A model generated the notes under the pieces. That model searched no databases. It was not told where the DNA came from and saw only the letters and a program-made list of their open reading frames with translations. The translations under genes and the position numbers were made by a program. Shown piece by piece: positions 23,504 to 31,535 of a DNA stretch of 32,000 bases (its first letter is position 1; every line of letters starts with the position of its first letter). Source of the DNA: Gemmata obscuriglobus (lineage in GTDB: Bacteria; Planctomycetota; Planctomycetia; Gemmatales; Gemmataceae); NCBI RefSeq assembly GCF_008065095.1, contig NZ_CP042911.1, forward strand, positions 5,400,001 to 5,432,000, given 5' to 3'.

Positions 23504-23631
23504 GGGTGGCTCCTTCTCTTGGCGTGCCTACTATACACAGGGGCACTGCCGTGAAGCCAGTTCGTTTCCGAACCGGCCCGCGTTCGGTACACCGTCGAAG
23601 GTGACTTTGCCCACACTTCGGAGAAACTCGC

Positions 23632-24951
23632 ATGAAGCTCCGCACCCTGTTCGTGGTGCTCACGGTCGCCGTGGGCACGTCCCCATTTGTCACCGCGGAC
23701 GACTGGCCGCAGTGGATGGGGCCGAAGCGTGACAACGTGTGGCGCGAGATCGGCGTCCTGGAGAAGTTCCCGGCCGGCGGGCCGAAGGTAGTTTGGCGCG
23801 CGCCGGTGGCCGCTGGGTACAGCGGGCCGGCGATCGCCGACGGCAAGGTGTACGTGACCGACCGCGTACTCGCGAAGGGGGCCGCGAACCCCGAAGACCC
23901 GTTCGACACGAAGAACAAAGTCGCCAGTTCGGAGCGGGTCCTCTGCCTCGACCAGAAGACTGGTAAGGAACTGTGGAAGTACGAGTACCCGTGTGCTTAC
24001 CAGATCAGCTATCCGGCCGGGCCACGCTGCACGCCGCTGGTGAGCGACGGGAAGCTGTACACGCTCGGTGCGATGGGCGACCTGTACTGTTTCGAGGTCG
24101 GGTCCGGTAAGGTCGTCTGGAACCTCGACTTTAAAGAGGCGTACAAGGCCAAGCCCGCGATTTGGGGCTATGCCGCGCACCCGATCATCGACGGCAAGAA
24201 ACTCATCACCTTGGTTGGCGGCGAGGGCGCCCACGTCGTCGCGTTCGACAAGGATACTGGCAAAGAGCTCTGGAAAGCCGGGGACGATAAGGAGATCGGG
24301 TACGCCCCGCCGCTGTTCACCGAAGCCGGCGGGGTGCGGCAGATGATCGTCGCGGCGCCCAAGTCGGTGTACGCGGTTGACCCCGACACCGGGAAGCGGC
24401 TCTGGACCACTCCGTACAACGCGGATAACACGTCCATCATCATGACCCCGGTGCGGAGCGGGGATTATCTGTTCGTCGGGGGCTACCGGACCAAAAACCT
24501 GATGCTCAAACTGACCGCCGACAAGCCCGGGGTCGAGGTCGTGTTCAAGGACAAGAAGGGCGCGGGTCTGTCGCCGGTGAACGTGCAACCGTTCGTGCAA
24601 GACGGCGTGATCTACGGGCACGACGAGGGCGGGGCGCTGATGGCCGTCGCGGTGCCCAGCGGGAAGCGGCTGTGGGACTCGCCCGGCCCGCTATCCGGTG
24701 ACCCGCGGGGCTCGGACACGTCGTTCATCGTGAAAAACGGGGACCGGTTCTTCTTCTTCGCCGAGAGCGGCGAGTTGGTGATCGGAAAGCTCACCGAGAA
24801 AGGGTACGAAGAAGTTGACCGCGCGAAGGTGATCGAGCAGACGGGGGCGGCGTTCGGCCGTAAGGTCGTGTGGTGCGCGCCTGCGTTTGCGGACAAAAAG
24901 ATGTACGTCCGCAACGACAAGGAACTCGTCTGCCTCGATCTGGCGAAGTAG
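23632..24951 (+). CDS. Secreted PQQ-like (BamB-like) beta-propeller repeat protein
   Basis: The signal peptide is followed by DDWPQWMGPKRDNVW, the motif typical of this planctomycete family. Repeated G.VY..D....L.C.D..TGK.LW blocks follow. Length is 439 aa. Confidence 0.85.
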   Translation: MKLRTLFVVLTVAVGTSPFVTADDWPQWMGPKRDNVWREIGVLEKFPAGGPKVVWRAPVAAGYSGPAIADGKVYVTDRVLAKGAANPEDPFDTKNKVASSERVLCLDQKTGKELWKYEYPCAYQISYPAGPRCTPLVSDGKLYTLGAMGDLYCFEVGSGKVVWNLDFKEAYKAKPAIWGYAAHPIIDGKKLITLVGGEGAHVVAFDKDTGKELWKAGDDKEIGYAPPLFTEAGGVRQMIVAAPKSVYAVDPDTGKRLWTTPYNADNTSIIMTPVRSGDYLFVGGYRTKNLMLKLTADKPGVEVVFKDKKGAGLSPVNVQPFVQDGVIYGHDEGGALMAVAVPSGKRLWDSPGPLSGDPRGSDTSFIVKNGDRFFFFAESGELVIGKLTEKGYEEVDRAKVIEQTGAAFGRKVVWCAPAFADKKMYVRNDKELVCLDLAK

Positions 24952-24967
24952 ATAACGTCTGCGGGTG

Positions 24968-25002
24968 CGCAAGTCGAAAATATGAGACATGTTCGACTTG
25001 CG
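24968..25002 (+). terminator. Candidate terminator hairpin after the beta-propeller gene
   Basis: CGCAAGTCGAA-(13 nt)-TTCGACTTGCG is an 11-bp perfect stem starting 17 nt after the stop. There is no strong U tract. Confidence 0.45.
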
Positions 25003-25436
25003 ATCTTCGGCCCCCCGCGGATCTCCCTTTCACCTGAATCGTCGCTGACGCCGGACCAAGTGTTCCATCCGCGTGTTGTCAAACCCCACGGACGTGTACT
25101 TTACGGCTGATTGATGTTCGCCGAACCGCGTTCCGTGTGAACGTTGCTGCGGAGTTTCTCGACGAACTCGACGAACGCGACGAGTCGTCGCAGATGCCCT
25201 GCGCGTTCTCGGTCAGCCAACACCTGGACCCGCTCGTTAGCCGATAGCGTAGGGCGTAACGACACGGGCAGTCGTGACTCCGATCCGGGTCGGGGAGTTC
25301 CGACCCGCCAGAGCCAAATGCTGATCCAATCCCGTGACCCAAGAAAAGATCAACTGCCGGCGGAACTTGGTGGGGTAAACGCGCCGGTCAGGCGGCCGGA
25401 ACCGCATGCGGCGCCAGTAAATTCGGCCCGAGCTAC

Positions 25437-25465
25437 TTGACAGACAGGGCCGTACCCAGAATGAT
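25437..25465 (+). promoter_or_regulatory. Sigma70-like promoter candidate TTGACA-N17-AATGAT upstream of the STAS gene
   Basis: Perfect -35 TTGACA at 25437-25442, a 17-nt spacer, then AATGAT at 25460-25465. It lies about 80 nt upstream of ATG 25546. Confidence 0.4.
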
Positions 25466-25545
25466 TTCCCATAAATCGATCGGCTCGTGCACGTCGCTGC
25501 GCGTTCCGTGCCCCCGTTCTAAACTCCCCGCAAAGGGTGACCGTC

Positions 25546-25911
25546 ATGGCGTCGCAACCGTCCCGCAAGCGCCGGCTCGAAGTCGAAGACATTGGGGACA
25601 TCGCGGTCGTCAACTTCGTCGATAAGAAGATCCTGGACGAACAGAACATCCAAATGATCGGCGATGATCTGTTCCGGCTCGTCGACGAACTGGGGCGTCG
25701 CAAAGTGTTGTTGAACTTCGGGAACGTTGAGTTCATGTCCTCGGCGGCTCTCGGTAAGCTCATCACGTTGCACCGTAAGCTACAGGCGGTGCAGGGTAAG
25801 CTCGTGCTGTGCAAGATCGCCAAGGACATTCTGGACGTGTTCAAGATCACGAAACTGGACAAGATCCTGACGATCTACCCGGATGAGCAGGCCGGGCTCC
25901 AGGGCTTCTGA
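25546..25911 (+). CDS. STAS-domain anti-sigma-factor antagonist (SpoIIAA/RsbV-like)
   Basis: IAVVNFVDKKILDEQNIQMIGDDLFRLVDELGRRKVLLNFGNVEFMSSAALGKLITLHRKL...LVLCKI...VFKITKLDKILTIY has the STAS layout with the phosphorylatable-Ser region (FMSSAALG). ATG 25546 is preferred; GTG 25537 is an alternative. Confidence 0.85.
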   Translation: MASQPSRKRRLEVEDIGDIAVVNFVDKKILDEQNIQMIGDDLFRLVDELGRRKVLLNFGNVEFMSSAALGKLITLHRKLQAVQGKLVLCKIAKDILDVFKITKLDKILTIYPDEQAGLQGF

Positions 25912-25986
25912 GCCGCGTGCGTTCGCCACGTATGGGGCCGGGCGAGTCCGGCCCCTCCTTCGATTCGCCGGTTCCGGCACCCGAGC

Positions 25987-26409
25987 ATGAGCGCGACCAG
26001 CACCGCTACCGAGCTTTCGATTCCGAGCGACTTGGCGGAGGCCCGGCGCGTTCAGGAATTGATCGAGGGCGCGCTCCACTCTGCGGGGTACACGGAACAC
26101 AACATTTTTGCCATCAAGCTGGCGCTGGAAGAGGCGCTGGTGAACGCGATCAAGCACGGGAACCAGTTGGACCCCGACAAGCGGGTGTTCATCGTGTTTA
26201 ACGTGACCCCTGAGCGGTTCGACATTCGCATCACCGACGAGGGGGCCGGGTTCAACCCCGACGACGTTCCGGACCCGACCGCCATCGAGAACCTGGAACG
26301 GCCGTGCGGTCGCGGATTGCTCCTGATGCGCGGGTTCATGACCGAGGTCGAGTATCACGGCCGCGGGAACGTGGTCCGCATGGCAAAGGTCCGCGACATC
26401 CCCGCCTGA
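25987..26409 (+). CDS. Anti-sigma-factor serine kinase (RsbW/SpoIIAB-like, HATPase_c type)
   Basis: N-box EEALVNAIKHGN, G1-like ITDEGAGFNPDDV and G2-like GRGLLLMRGFMTEV. The protein is 140 aa and sits 75 nt downstream of the STAS gene. Confidence 0.85.
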   Translation: MSATSTATELSIPSDLAEARRVQELIEGALHSAGYTEHNIFAIKLALEEALVNAIKHGNQLDPDKRVFIVFNVTPERFDIRITDEGAGFNPDDVPDPTAIENLERPCGRGLLLMRGFMTEVEYHGRGNVVRMAKVRDIPA

Positions 26410-26663
26410 TGCGAGTTCTTCGCGACCACGGCTTCCGGAATCTGTGTGAACCTAGCATACGGACCGTTGTTGCTCGTTTAAGAGCATCACAACTGTTCAG
26501 TGATCTCCCATTTAATGGGTGGTCCAAATCGGTTGAACGATAACAGAAGCGAAACGTCTTAACTCTCTGCTTTCCCCCTCGTCACGTCATTGAGCAGATC
26601 AACGGACACACCAAGTTGCTCAGTTTGAGCCCGAGCCCTTGGGCGTCCCTACCCCAAACTCCG

Positions 26664-26704
26664 CAACGGTTGCGCTGCGGGAGGGCTCGCAGCGCAACCG
26701 GTTG
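26664..26704 (+). promoter_or_regulatory. Stem-loop in the long region upstream of the hsp20 pair
   Basis: GGTTGCGCTGCG-GGAGGGCT-CGCAGCGCAACC is a 12-bp perfect stem. It extends to 16 bp with one bulged G (CAAC...GTTG). Function is unknown. Confidence 0.35.
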
Positions 26705-27010
26705 TGTCCGAATGGCTAACGCTTGTTTTCCGGAGGGGTGGATCGGTGCCCCTGCTCCTGGGGCGCCTGTCGCAAACGGCGTAGCACTCTCTTGCTCTGT
26801 TTCGGTAGTGGCTTTTCGCAGGGCTTACCGTCCGCTCACTGGCTGACGTTCGACGCGGTGTCCCCCGTGCACTACGTGACACGACCGTTGCACCTTCGAT
26901 CGCGCGGAACCGCAGAAAACGGTGAATCTTTTTCTCGGGTTCGGCACTCAGATTCGATGACCGGGGTCCCACCCCGAGACAACTCCAACAACAGACGAGG
27001 AGAGGGACAC

Positions 27011-27445
27011 ATGACCCGTAACCGTCAGCACCCGTTCGGCTCGCTGTGGAGCGAACTCACCCAGGCGCAGGACGAGTTCGCCCGCTGGGTGAACCGCTTC
27101 AGCGGCTCGCAGTTGGTGACCGGTCCGGAACTGAACGTGTGGGAAGACGAACACACGGTGTATGCAGAAGCGGACCTGCCCGGCATCGACGCCGCGAAAC
27201 TCGAAATTACCGTTACCGGCGGCAACCAACTGACCGTCCAGGGCGAGCGAGCGGCCCCGAAACTTGACGGGGCGTCCTGGCTCCGTCAGGAGCGCCCGTT
27301 CGGCAAGTTCGCGCGAACGGTAACCTTGCCGACCCTGGTCGATGCCGACAAGGTCGATGCGAAGTACGAATCCGGAGTGCTGCGGCTGACGCTGCCCAAA
27401 CACGAAGCGGCGAAGCCCCGAAAGATTCAGGTAAAGGGCGTCTGA
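27011..27445 (+). CDS. Small heat-shock protein, Hsp20/alpha-crystallin family (144 aa)
   Basis: A strong SD (GAGGAGAGGG) precedes ATG 27011. The alpha-crystallin core is NVWEDEHTVYAEADLPGIDAAKLEITVTGGNQLTVQGER...FARTVTLPTLVDADKVDAKYESGVLRLTLPK, with a C-terminal IQV (IxI/V) motif. The 96 upstream codons of track ORF 26723.. do not look like protein. Confidence 0.9.
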   Translation: MTRNRQHPFGSLWSELTQAQDEFARWVNRFSGSQLVTGPELNVWEDEHTVYAEADLPGIDAAKLEITVTGGNQLTVQGERAAPKLDGASWLRQERPFGKFARTVTLPTLVDADKVDAKYESGVLRLTLPKHEAAKPRKIQVKGV

Positions 27446-27499
27446 GTGCGAAAACTGAACCCGTAGTACATCCTTAAAGCCCCGAGGAGGTTTCAAACG

Positions 27500-27856
27500 A
27501 TGTCGAATCTGGTGCAAACGCCGGCCGCACCGGCGGCCACGGAATCATCGCGTGCGGCTACCGTATCTCCGCGAGTGGACATTCTGGAAACCGAACACGA
27601 GTTCTTGGTGCTTGCGGACGCCCCTGGGCTCAACCCGGACGATGTGGACATCCGCTTTGAGCAGGGAGAGATGACGATCCACGGGCGCCGGCAAACGTCC
27701 CGAGACACGGCCCCGATCGCTTACCATCGGTCGTTCGCAGTAGCGGACACGATCGCAGCGGACAGGATCAGTGCCGAACTTAAGGACGGCGTTCTGACCG
27801 TTAAGCTGCCGAAGACCGAGGCCATCAAGCCCAGGCGGATTGCGGTCCGCGGGTAA
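27500..27856 (+). CDS. Small heat-shock protein, Hsp20/alpha-crystallin family (118 aa, short N-terminal arm)
   Basis: SD GAGGAGG lies 9 nt upstream of ATG 27500. The core is VDILETEHEFLVLADAPGLNPDDVDIRFEQGEMTIHGRR...FAVADTIAADRISAELKDGVLTVKLPK, with a C-terminal IAV motif. Confidence 0.9.
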   Translation: MSNLVQTPAAPAATESSRAATVSPRVDILETEHEFLVLADAPGLNPDDVDIRFEQGEMTIHGRRQTSRDTAPIAYHRSFAVADTIAADRISAELKDGVLTVKLPKTEAIKPRRIAVRG

Positions 27857-27872
27857 GGGTTTGTAGGTGGGG

Positions 27873-27907
27873 ACGGCCGGGCCTTGTGGCCCGGCCGTTT
27901 TCGTTTT
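27873..27907 (+). terminator. Rho-independent terminator after the hsp20 pair, lying between convergent genes
   Basis: ACGGCCGGGCC-TTGT-GGCCCGGCCGT is an 11-bp perfect GC-rich stem followed by TTTCGTTTT. Confidence 0.8.
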
Positions 27908-27956
27908 GGGGCAGCAACGGTCTGGGAACGACTCGGAACCATGAACGATTCGAACA

Positions 27957-30900
27957 CTACTTTTTCGGCTCGGCCTCCCTAGTGCGTTCGACTTTGCAGC
28001 CGGGCTGGGCAGCACGGAATCCCTCCGCCCCCTTCTGCGTGACCGCCGTACCCAGCAGATCGAGCTCTGTCAGCGGCAGGGCTTTAATCGCGTCGAGGCC
28101 GGCGTCGGTGACGCGTGTCTCCGAAAGCCCAAGGCGTCGGAGACCGGTTAGTCCTTTGAGGTGCGCGAGACCGTCGTTCGTGATCGCGGACCCGGCGAGG
28201 TCGAGGCGCGACATTCCCGTGAGGTATTTCAGGGCGGCCAGTTCGGTGTCGGAGACCGCGAGCCCGTTGAGTGCCAGTTCGGTCACCACGAACTTGCGCT
28301 TCGGCAGCTCACCGGCGGCCACGATTTCGTTAGGCACACCGCTCACCCGTAGCCTTCCGCCCGCGGCCAGCGCCCACCGCGCGGCCGACCGATCCGCTTC
28401 GGTGGGACCGAGCTGGCCGCCGTCCCAGGTCACCGTGCGCCACGGACCGGTCGCGTGGAACGCGTGCAGCCCGCGCAGCGTCACCTTCGTGTTGCGCACC
28501 GTCAGGTGTGTCGGCCCCGCGTTGCTGCCGAGTTGCATCAGCCCGGCGTCCCCGACCGCGGTGTCACTCAGGTTCAACGAGATCAGACCGGTGAGGTGGC
28601 GAACGTGGGCCATGCCCGCGTCCGTCAGCCCGGTGCCGTCGGCGCCCAGGTGCCGGAGGGTGTGATGCGGGGACAGGTGGGCGAACGCCTCGTCCGTCAC
28701 CCCCGTGTTCGTGAGGTACAGCGCGTCGAGTCGCTTCCAACTGTGCGTGTGGGCCAGCCCCGGGCCGAGCACCCGGGTCCGAGAAAGGCCCAGGGTCTTG
28801 AGGTCCGTGAGCCCCTTCAGGTGCACCAGCCCGGCGTCCGACACCCCCGTCCCGTCGAGGTGAATGTGGCTCAAGCCGGCGAGGCCCGCGAGGTGCACCA
28901 GCCCGGCGTTCGTTACTTTCGTGCTGCTGAGGTGGAGGGTCGTCAGGGATTTGCGTTCTCTGATGCGGGCCAGTCCGGCGTCCGTCACGTCGGTGCCGGT
29001 CAGGCTCAGGAACTGGAGCCGGGCGAGATTCTTCAAGTACCCCAACGCGGCGTCAGTAACGCGGGTCTCGTGCAGGACAAGTTCGGTCAGACCGGTGCAA
29101 CCCGCCAGGCGCCCGAGGTCGTCGTCCTTGACCGACCGGTCCGACAGGTTCACCCGCGCCAGTGCGAGCGGACCTTGGGGCAGGTCGGCCGCGGCCCGGA
29201 TGTCGCGCGGCTGTCCGCTCACGCCCACCGAACCGCCGACGGACAGCACCCACTCGGCCGCCAGCCGGTTCACGTCGAGCGGCGGCCGGTCTCCCGCACT
29301 GTCCCGAATCCGGCACCCCGGCACAGACTTGTGCAACTCGGCCAGCGAGGCCGGCGTTGCCCGGGTCTTGCGCACGTCCAGCGTGCCCAGCGCCTTGAGG
29401 TCGTGGAGGTGCGACAGGCCCGCGTCCGTGAGCGGCGTGTCGCTCAGCGACAGCTCGACCACCCCGGTAAGGCCCTTCAGATAACAAAGGTTCGCGTCCG
29501 TCAGTGCGGTGCCGCTGAGCAGCAGCGTCAGCCCCTTCAACCCTTTCAGGTGAGCGAGCCCGGGGCCGGTCACCTTGGTGCCCGACAGGTCGATGTGCGT
29601 GAGCGCGGGGAGTTCCCGCGCCACGGCCAGGCCGGCGTCGGAAACCGTGGTGCCCTGGACCCATAGCGAAGTCAGCAGCGGGAACGCGTTGAGGTCGGCC
29701 AGACCTGCGTCCGTGACGCCGGAGTAGGCGAGGTTCAGGTGCGCCAAGTTGGACAGGCCCTTCAGGTGAGCCAGCCCGGCGTCGGTCACTTTCGTGCCGT
29801 GGAGGATGATGCGCGTCAGAGCCTGACAGTCCTTGAGCCGGGCGAGGTCGGCGTCCGCAACCGCGCGGTCGGTAAGGTCGGCTGCCGTCAGCGCAAAACG
29901 GTCCGCAGGCAGATCGGCCGCGGAGCGGATCTCGCGCTCCTCCCCGTTCACCTGAACAGCTCCGTTGAGCGACAGCACCCACTCGGCGGCGGATCGGTCC
30001 GGATCGGTTGCGGCGGCCTTCGCGGGCGCCGCGACCGGCTTGCCCTTTGGGGCCGCGCTCGCGGGCGCCGGCGCCTCGGCTTTCAGCTCCGGTCGGCTCC
30101 CGGCCTGACCGAGCAGCGCCGCACCGGCGCCCGCGAGCGCGAGCAGCCCCACAACACCGACCGCCGGCCGCACCAGCGACCGGCGCTTCGGACCGGCCTT
30201 CTGCATCGCGGCCGGCGGCGGCGTGTTGCGCTCGACTTCGGTCGCGTCGAGGTCCGCGAACGGGTTCTCCTCGGACACGGCGGTCACCGACACCGGCACG
30301 TACACCACCCTAGGCTCAGGGGTGACCACCACTTGTGACGCCCCGGTGCTGTTCGCGATCGCCAGGAGCCGCTTCACCACCTCCCCCGCCGACTGCGGCC
30401 GCTCGTCGGGCTCCTTGGCGAGCAACTGGTGGATCAGGGTCGCGAGCGGGTCGGGCACCTGCGGGTTCAGGTCGCGCACCGGGAGCGGTGCGTCGGCCCC
30501 GAGGGCCATTAGCACCGCCATTGTCGTCGGACCGTCAAACGGTAACCGGTTGGTGCAGAGCCGGTACAGCACGGCTCCGAGGCTGAAGAGGTCGCTCCGC
30601 GCATCCACCTTCGCCCCGCGGGCCTGTTCGGGTGACATGTACGCCGGGGTGCCCACCACCATACCGCTCTGGGTCAACTCGACGTCCGCGTGGAGCGGCT
30701 TGGCCAACCCGAAGTCGAGCACCTTCACCCGTCCGTTGGGCGCCTCGAGCCACAGGTTCCCGGGCTTGATGTCACGGTGAACGAGCCCGATCCGGTGGGC
30801 CGCGGCGAGCCCCGCGGCGGTCTCCCGGGCCAGGCGCAGGGTCTGCGCGAGGGTGGGCGCCCCCTTCTTCTTAAGGAACGCGTCGAGCGGGTACCCCTGG

Positions 30901-31304
30901 AGGAACTGCATGGCGATGTACGGAACGCCGTGGCGCTCGTCCGCCTCGTACACGGTGACCACGTTGTCGTGCTCGACCTGCGCGGCGGCTCGGGCCTCGC
31001 GCAGGAACCGCTCCTTGCAGCCGGAATCGGCCGCGGCCTCCGGGAGCATCACCTTGAGGGCCAGTCTGCGGTCCAGGCGCGTGTCGATGGCCGCGTACAC
31101 GGCCCCCATTCCCCCCTTGCCGAGCAGTTTGAGAATCCGGTACGGCCCGAAGGAGCCGGTGTCGCCCGCTTCCGTCGGCGGGCCGAACCCGTACCGGTGC
31201 GGCCCATAAGACGGGCCGCCGACGACGGTCGGTTCGGCGCGGCCGAGCGAGTCCTGAGTGTGGTCGGGTTCGATCACGTGTTGGGCGTCGGCGGGGCCGG
31301 CCAT
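27957..31304 (-). CDS. Membrane-spanning Ser/Thr protein kinase with a large leucine-rich-repeat domain C-terminal to the TM helix
   Basis: Hanks kinase motifs are GKGGMGAVY, ALKV, HRDIKPGN, DFGLA and GTPAYMSPE (aa ~55-310). One TM helix follows (VGVVGLLALAGAGAALLG, aa ~380-400). About 700 aa of LRRs of the form L..L..L.L..T.VTDAGLAHLKGL come after it, organised as three modules. Confidence 0.9.
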   Translation of the reverse strand: MAGPADAQHVIEPDHTQDSLGRAEPTVVGGPSYGPHRYGFGPPTEAGDTGSFGPYRILKLLGKGGMGAVYAAIDTRLDRRLALKVMLPEAAADSGCKERFLREARAAAQVEHDNVVTVYEADERHGVPYIAMQFLQGYPLDAFLKKKGAPTLAQTLRLARETAAGLAAAHRIGLVHRDIKPGNLWLEAPNGRVKVLDFGLAKPLHADVELTQSGMVVGTPAYMSPEQARGAKVDARSDLFSLGAVLYRLCTNRLPFDGPTTMAVLMALGADAPLPVRDLNPQVPDPLATLIHQLLAKEPDERPQSAGEVVKRLLAIANSTGASQVVVTPEPRVVYVPVSVTAVSEENPFADLDATEVERNTPPPAAMQKAGPKRRSLVRPAVGVVGLLALAGAGAALLGQAGSRPELKAEAPAPASAAPKGKPVAAPAKAAATDPDRSAAEWVLSLNGAVQVNGEEREIRSAADLPADRFALTAADLTDRAVADADLARLKDCQALTRIILHGTKVTDAGLAHLKGLSNLAHLNLAYSGVTDAGLADLNAFPLLTSLWVQGTTVSDAGLAVARELPALTHIDLSGTKVTGPGLAHLKGLKGLTLLLSGTALTDANLCYLKGLTGVVELSLSDTPLTDAGLSHLHDLKALGTLDVRKTRATPASLAELHKSVPGCRIRDSAGDRPPLDVNRLAAEWVLSVGGSVGVSGQPRDIRAAADLPQGPLALARVNLSDRSVKDDDLGRLAGCTGLTELVLHETRVTDAALGYLKNLARLQFLSLTGTDVTDAGLARIRERKSLTTLHLSSTKVTNAGLVHLAGLAGLSHIHLDGTGVSDAGLVHLKGLTDLKTLGLSRTRVLGPGLAHTHSWKRLDALYLTNTGVTDEAFAHLSPHHTLRHLGADGTGLTDAGMAHVRHLTGLISLNLSDTAVGDAGLMQLGSNAGPTHLTVRNTKVTLRGLHAFHATGPWRTVTWDGGQLGPTEADRSAARWALAAGGRLRVSGVPNEIVAAGELPKRKFVVTELALNGLAVSDTELAALKYLTGMSRLDLAGSAITNDGLAHLKGLTGLRRLGLSETRVTDAGLDAIKALPLTELDLLGTAVTQKGAEGFRAAQPGCKVERTREAEPKK

Positions 31305-31535
31305 GCGCGAGCTCCACGTTCAGCGGCAGGGTCCGACACAAACGTTAGCACCAATCTTGGGGGCACTCCCGCCGGCGCGGCCACCGATTGCTCGGTCCCG
31401 GTGCGAACCGAACGCCCCGTCCGACCGCACCTCAAAATCGCAACTCGGCCTGAAGTGTTCTGGACCTGACTTCTGCATGGTTCGGCCGTACCCTATCATT
31501 CGGCACAGACCGCCGACGCCACACAGGAACCCCGT

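Noticed and set aside
23500-24621. 373-aa minus-strand ORF overlapping the beta-propeller gene
   Set aside because: It is a shadow ORF with an Arg/Val/Pro-rich product. The plus-strand frame has a signal peptide and the repeated propeller motifs.
26507-26519. 13-nt palindrome CCCATTTAATGGG as a possible operator upstream of hsp20
   Set aside because: A 6+6 palindrome is expected several times by chance in 64 kb of two-strand sequence. There is no second copy and no link to a known motif.
26723-27010. The 240-aa version of the first Hsp20 ORF, and similarly the long N-terminal extensions of the RND (to 12731) and adaptor (to 14433) ORFs
   Set aside because: The extensions are Arg/Pro/Cys-rich and not protein-like. 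The internal starts give canonical N-termini: an SD plus the sHSP arm, MISNFFIDRP, and a lipoprotein signal ending in LAGC.
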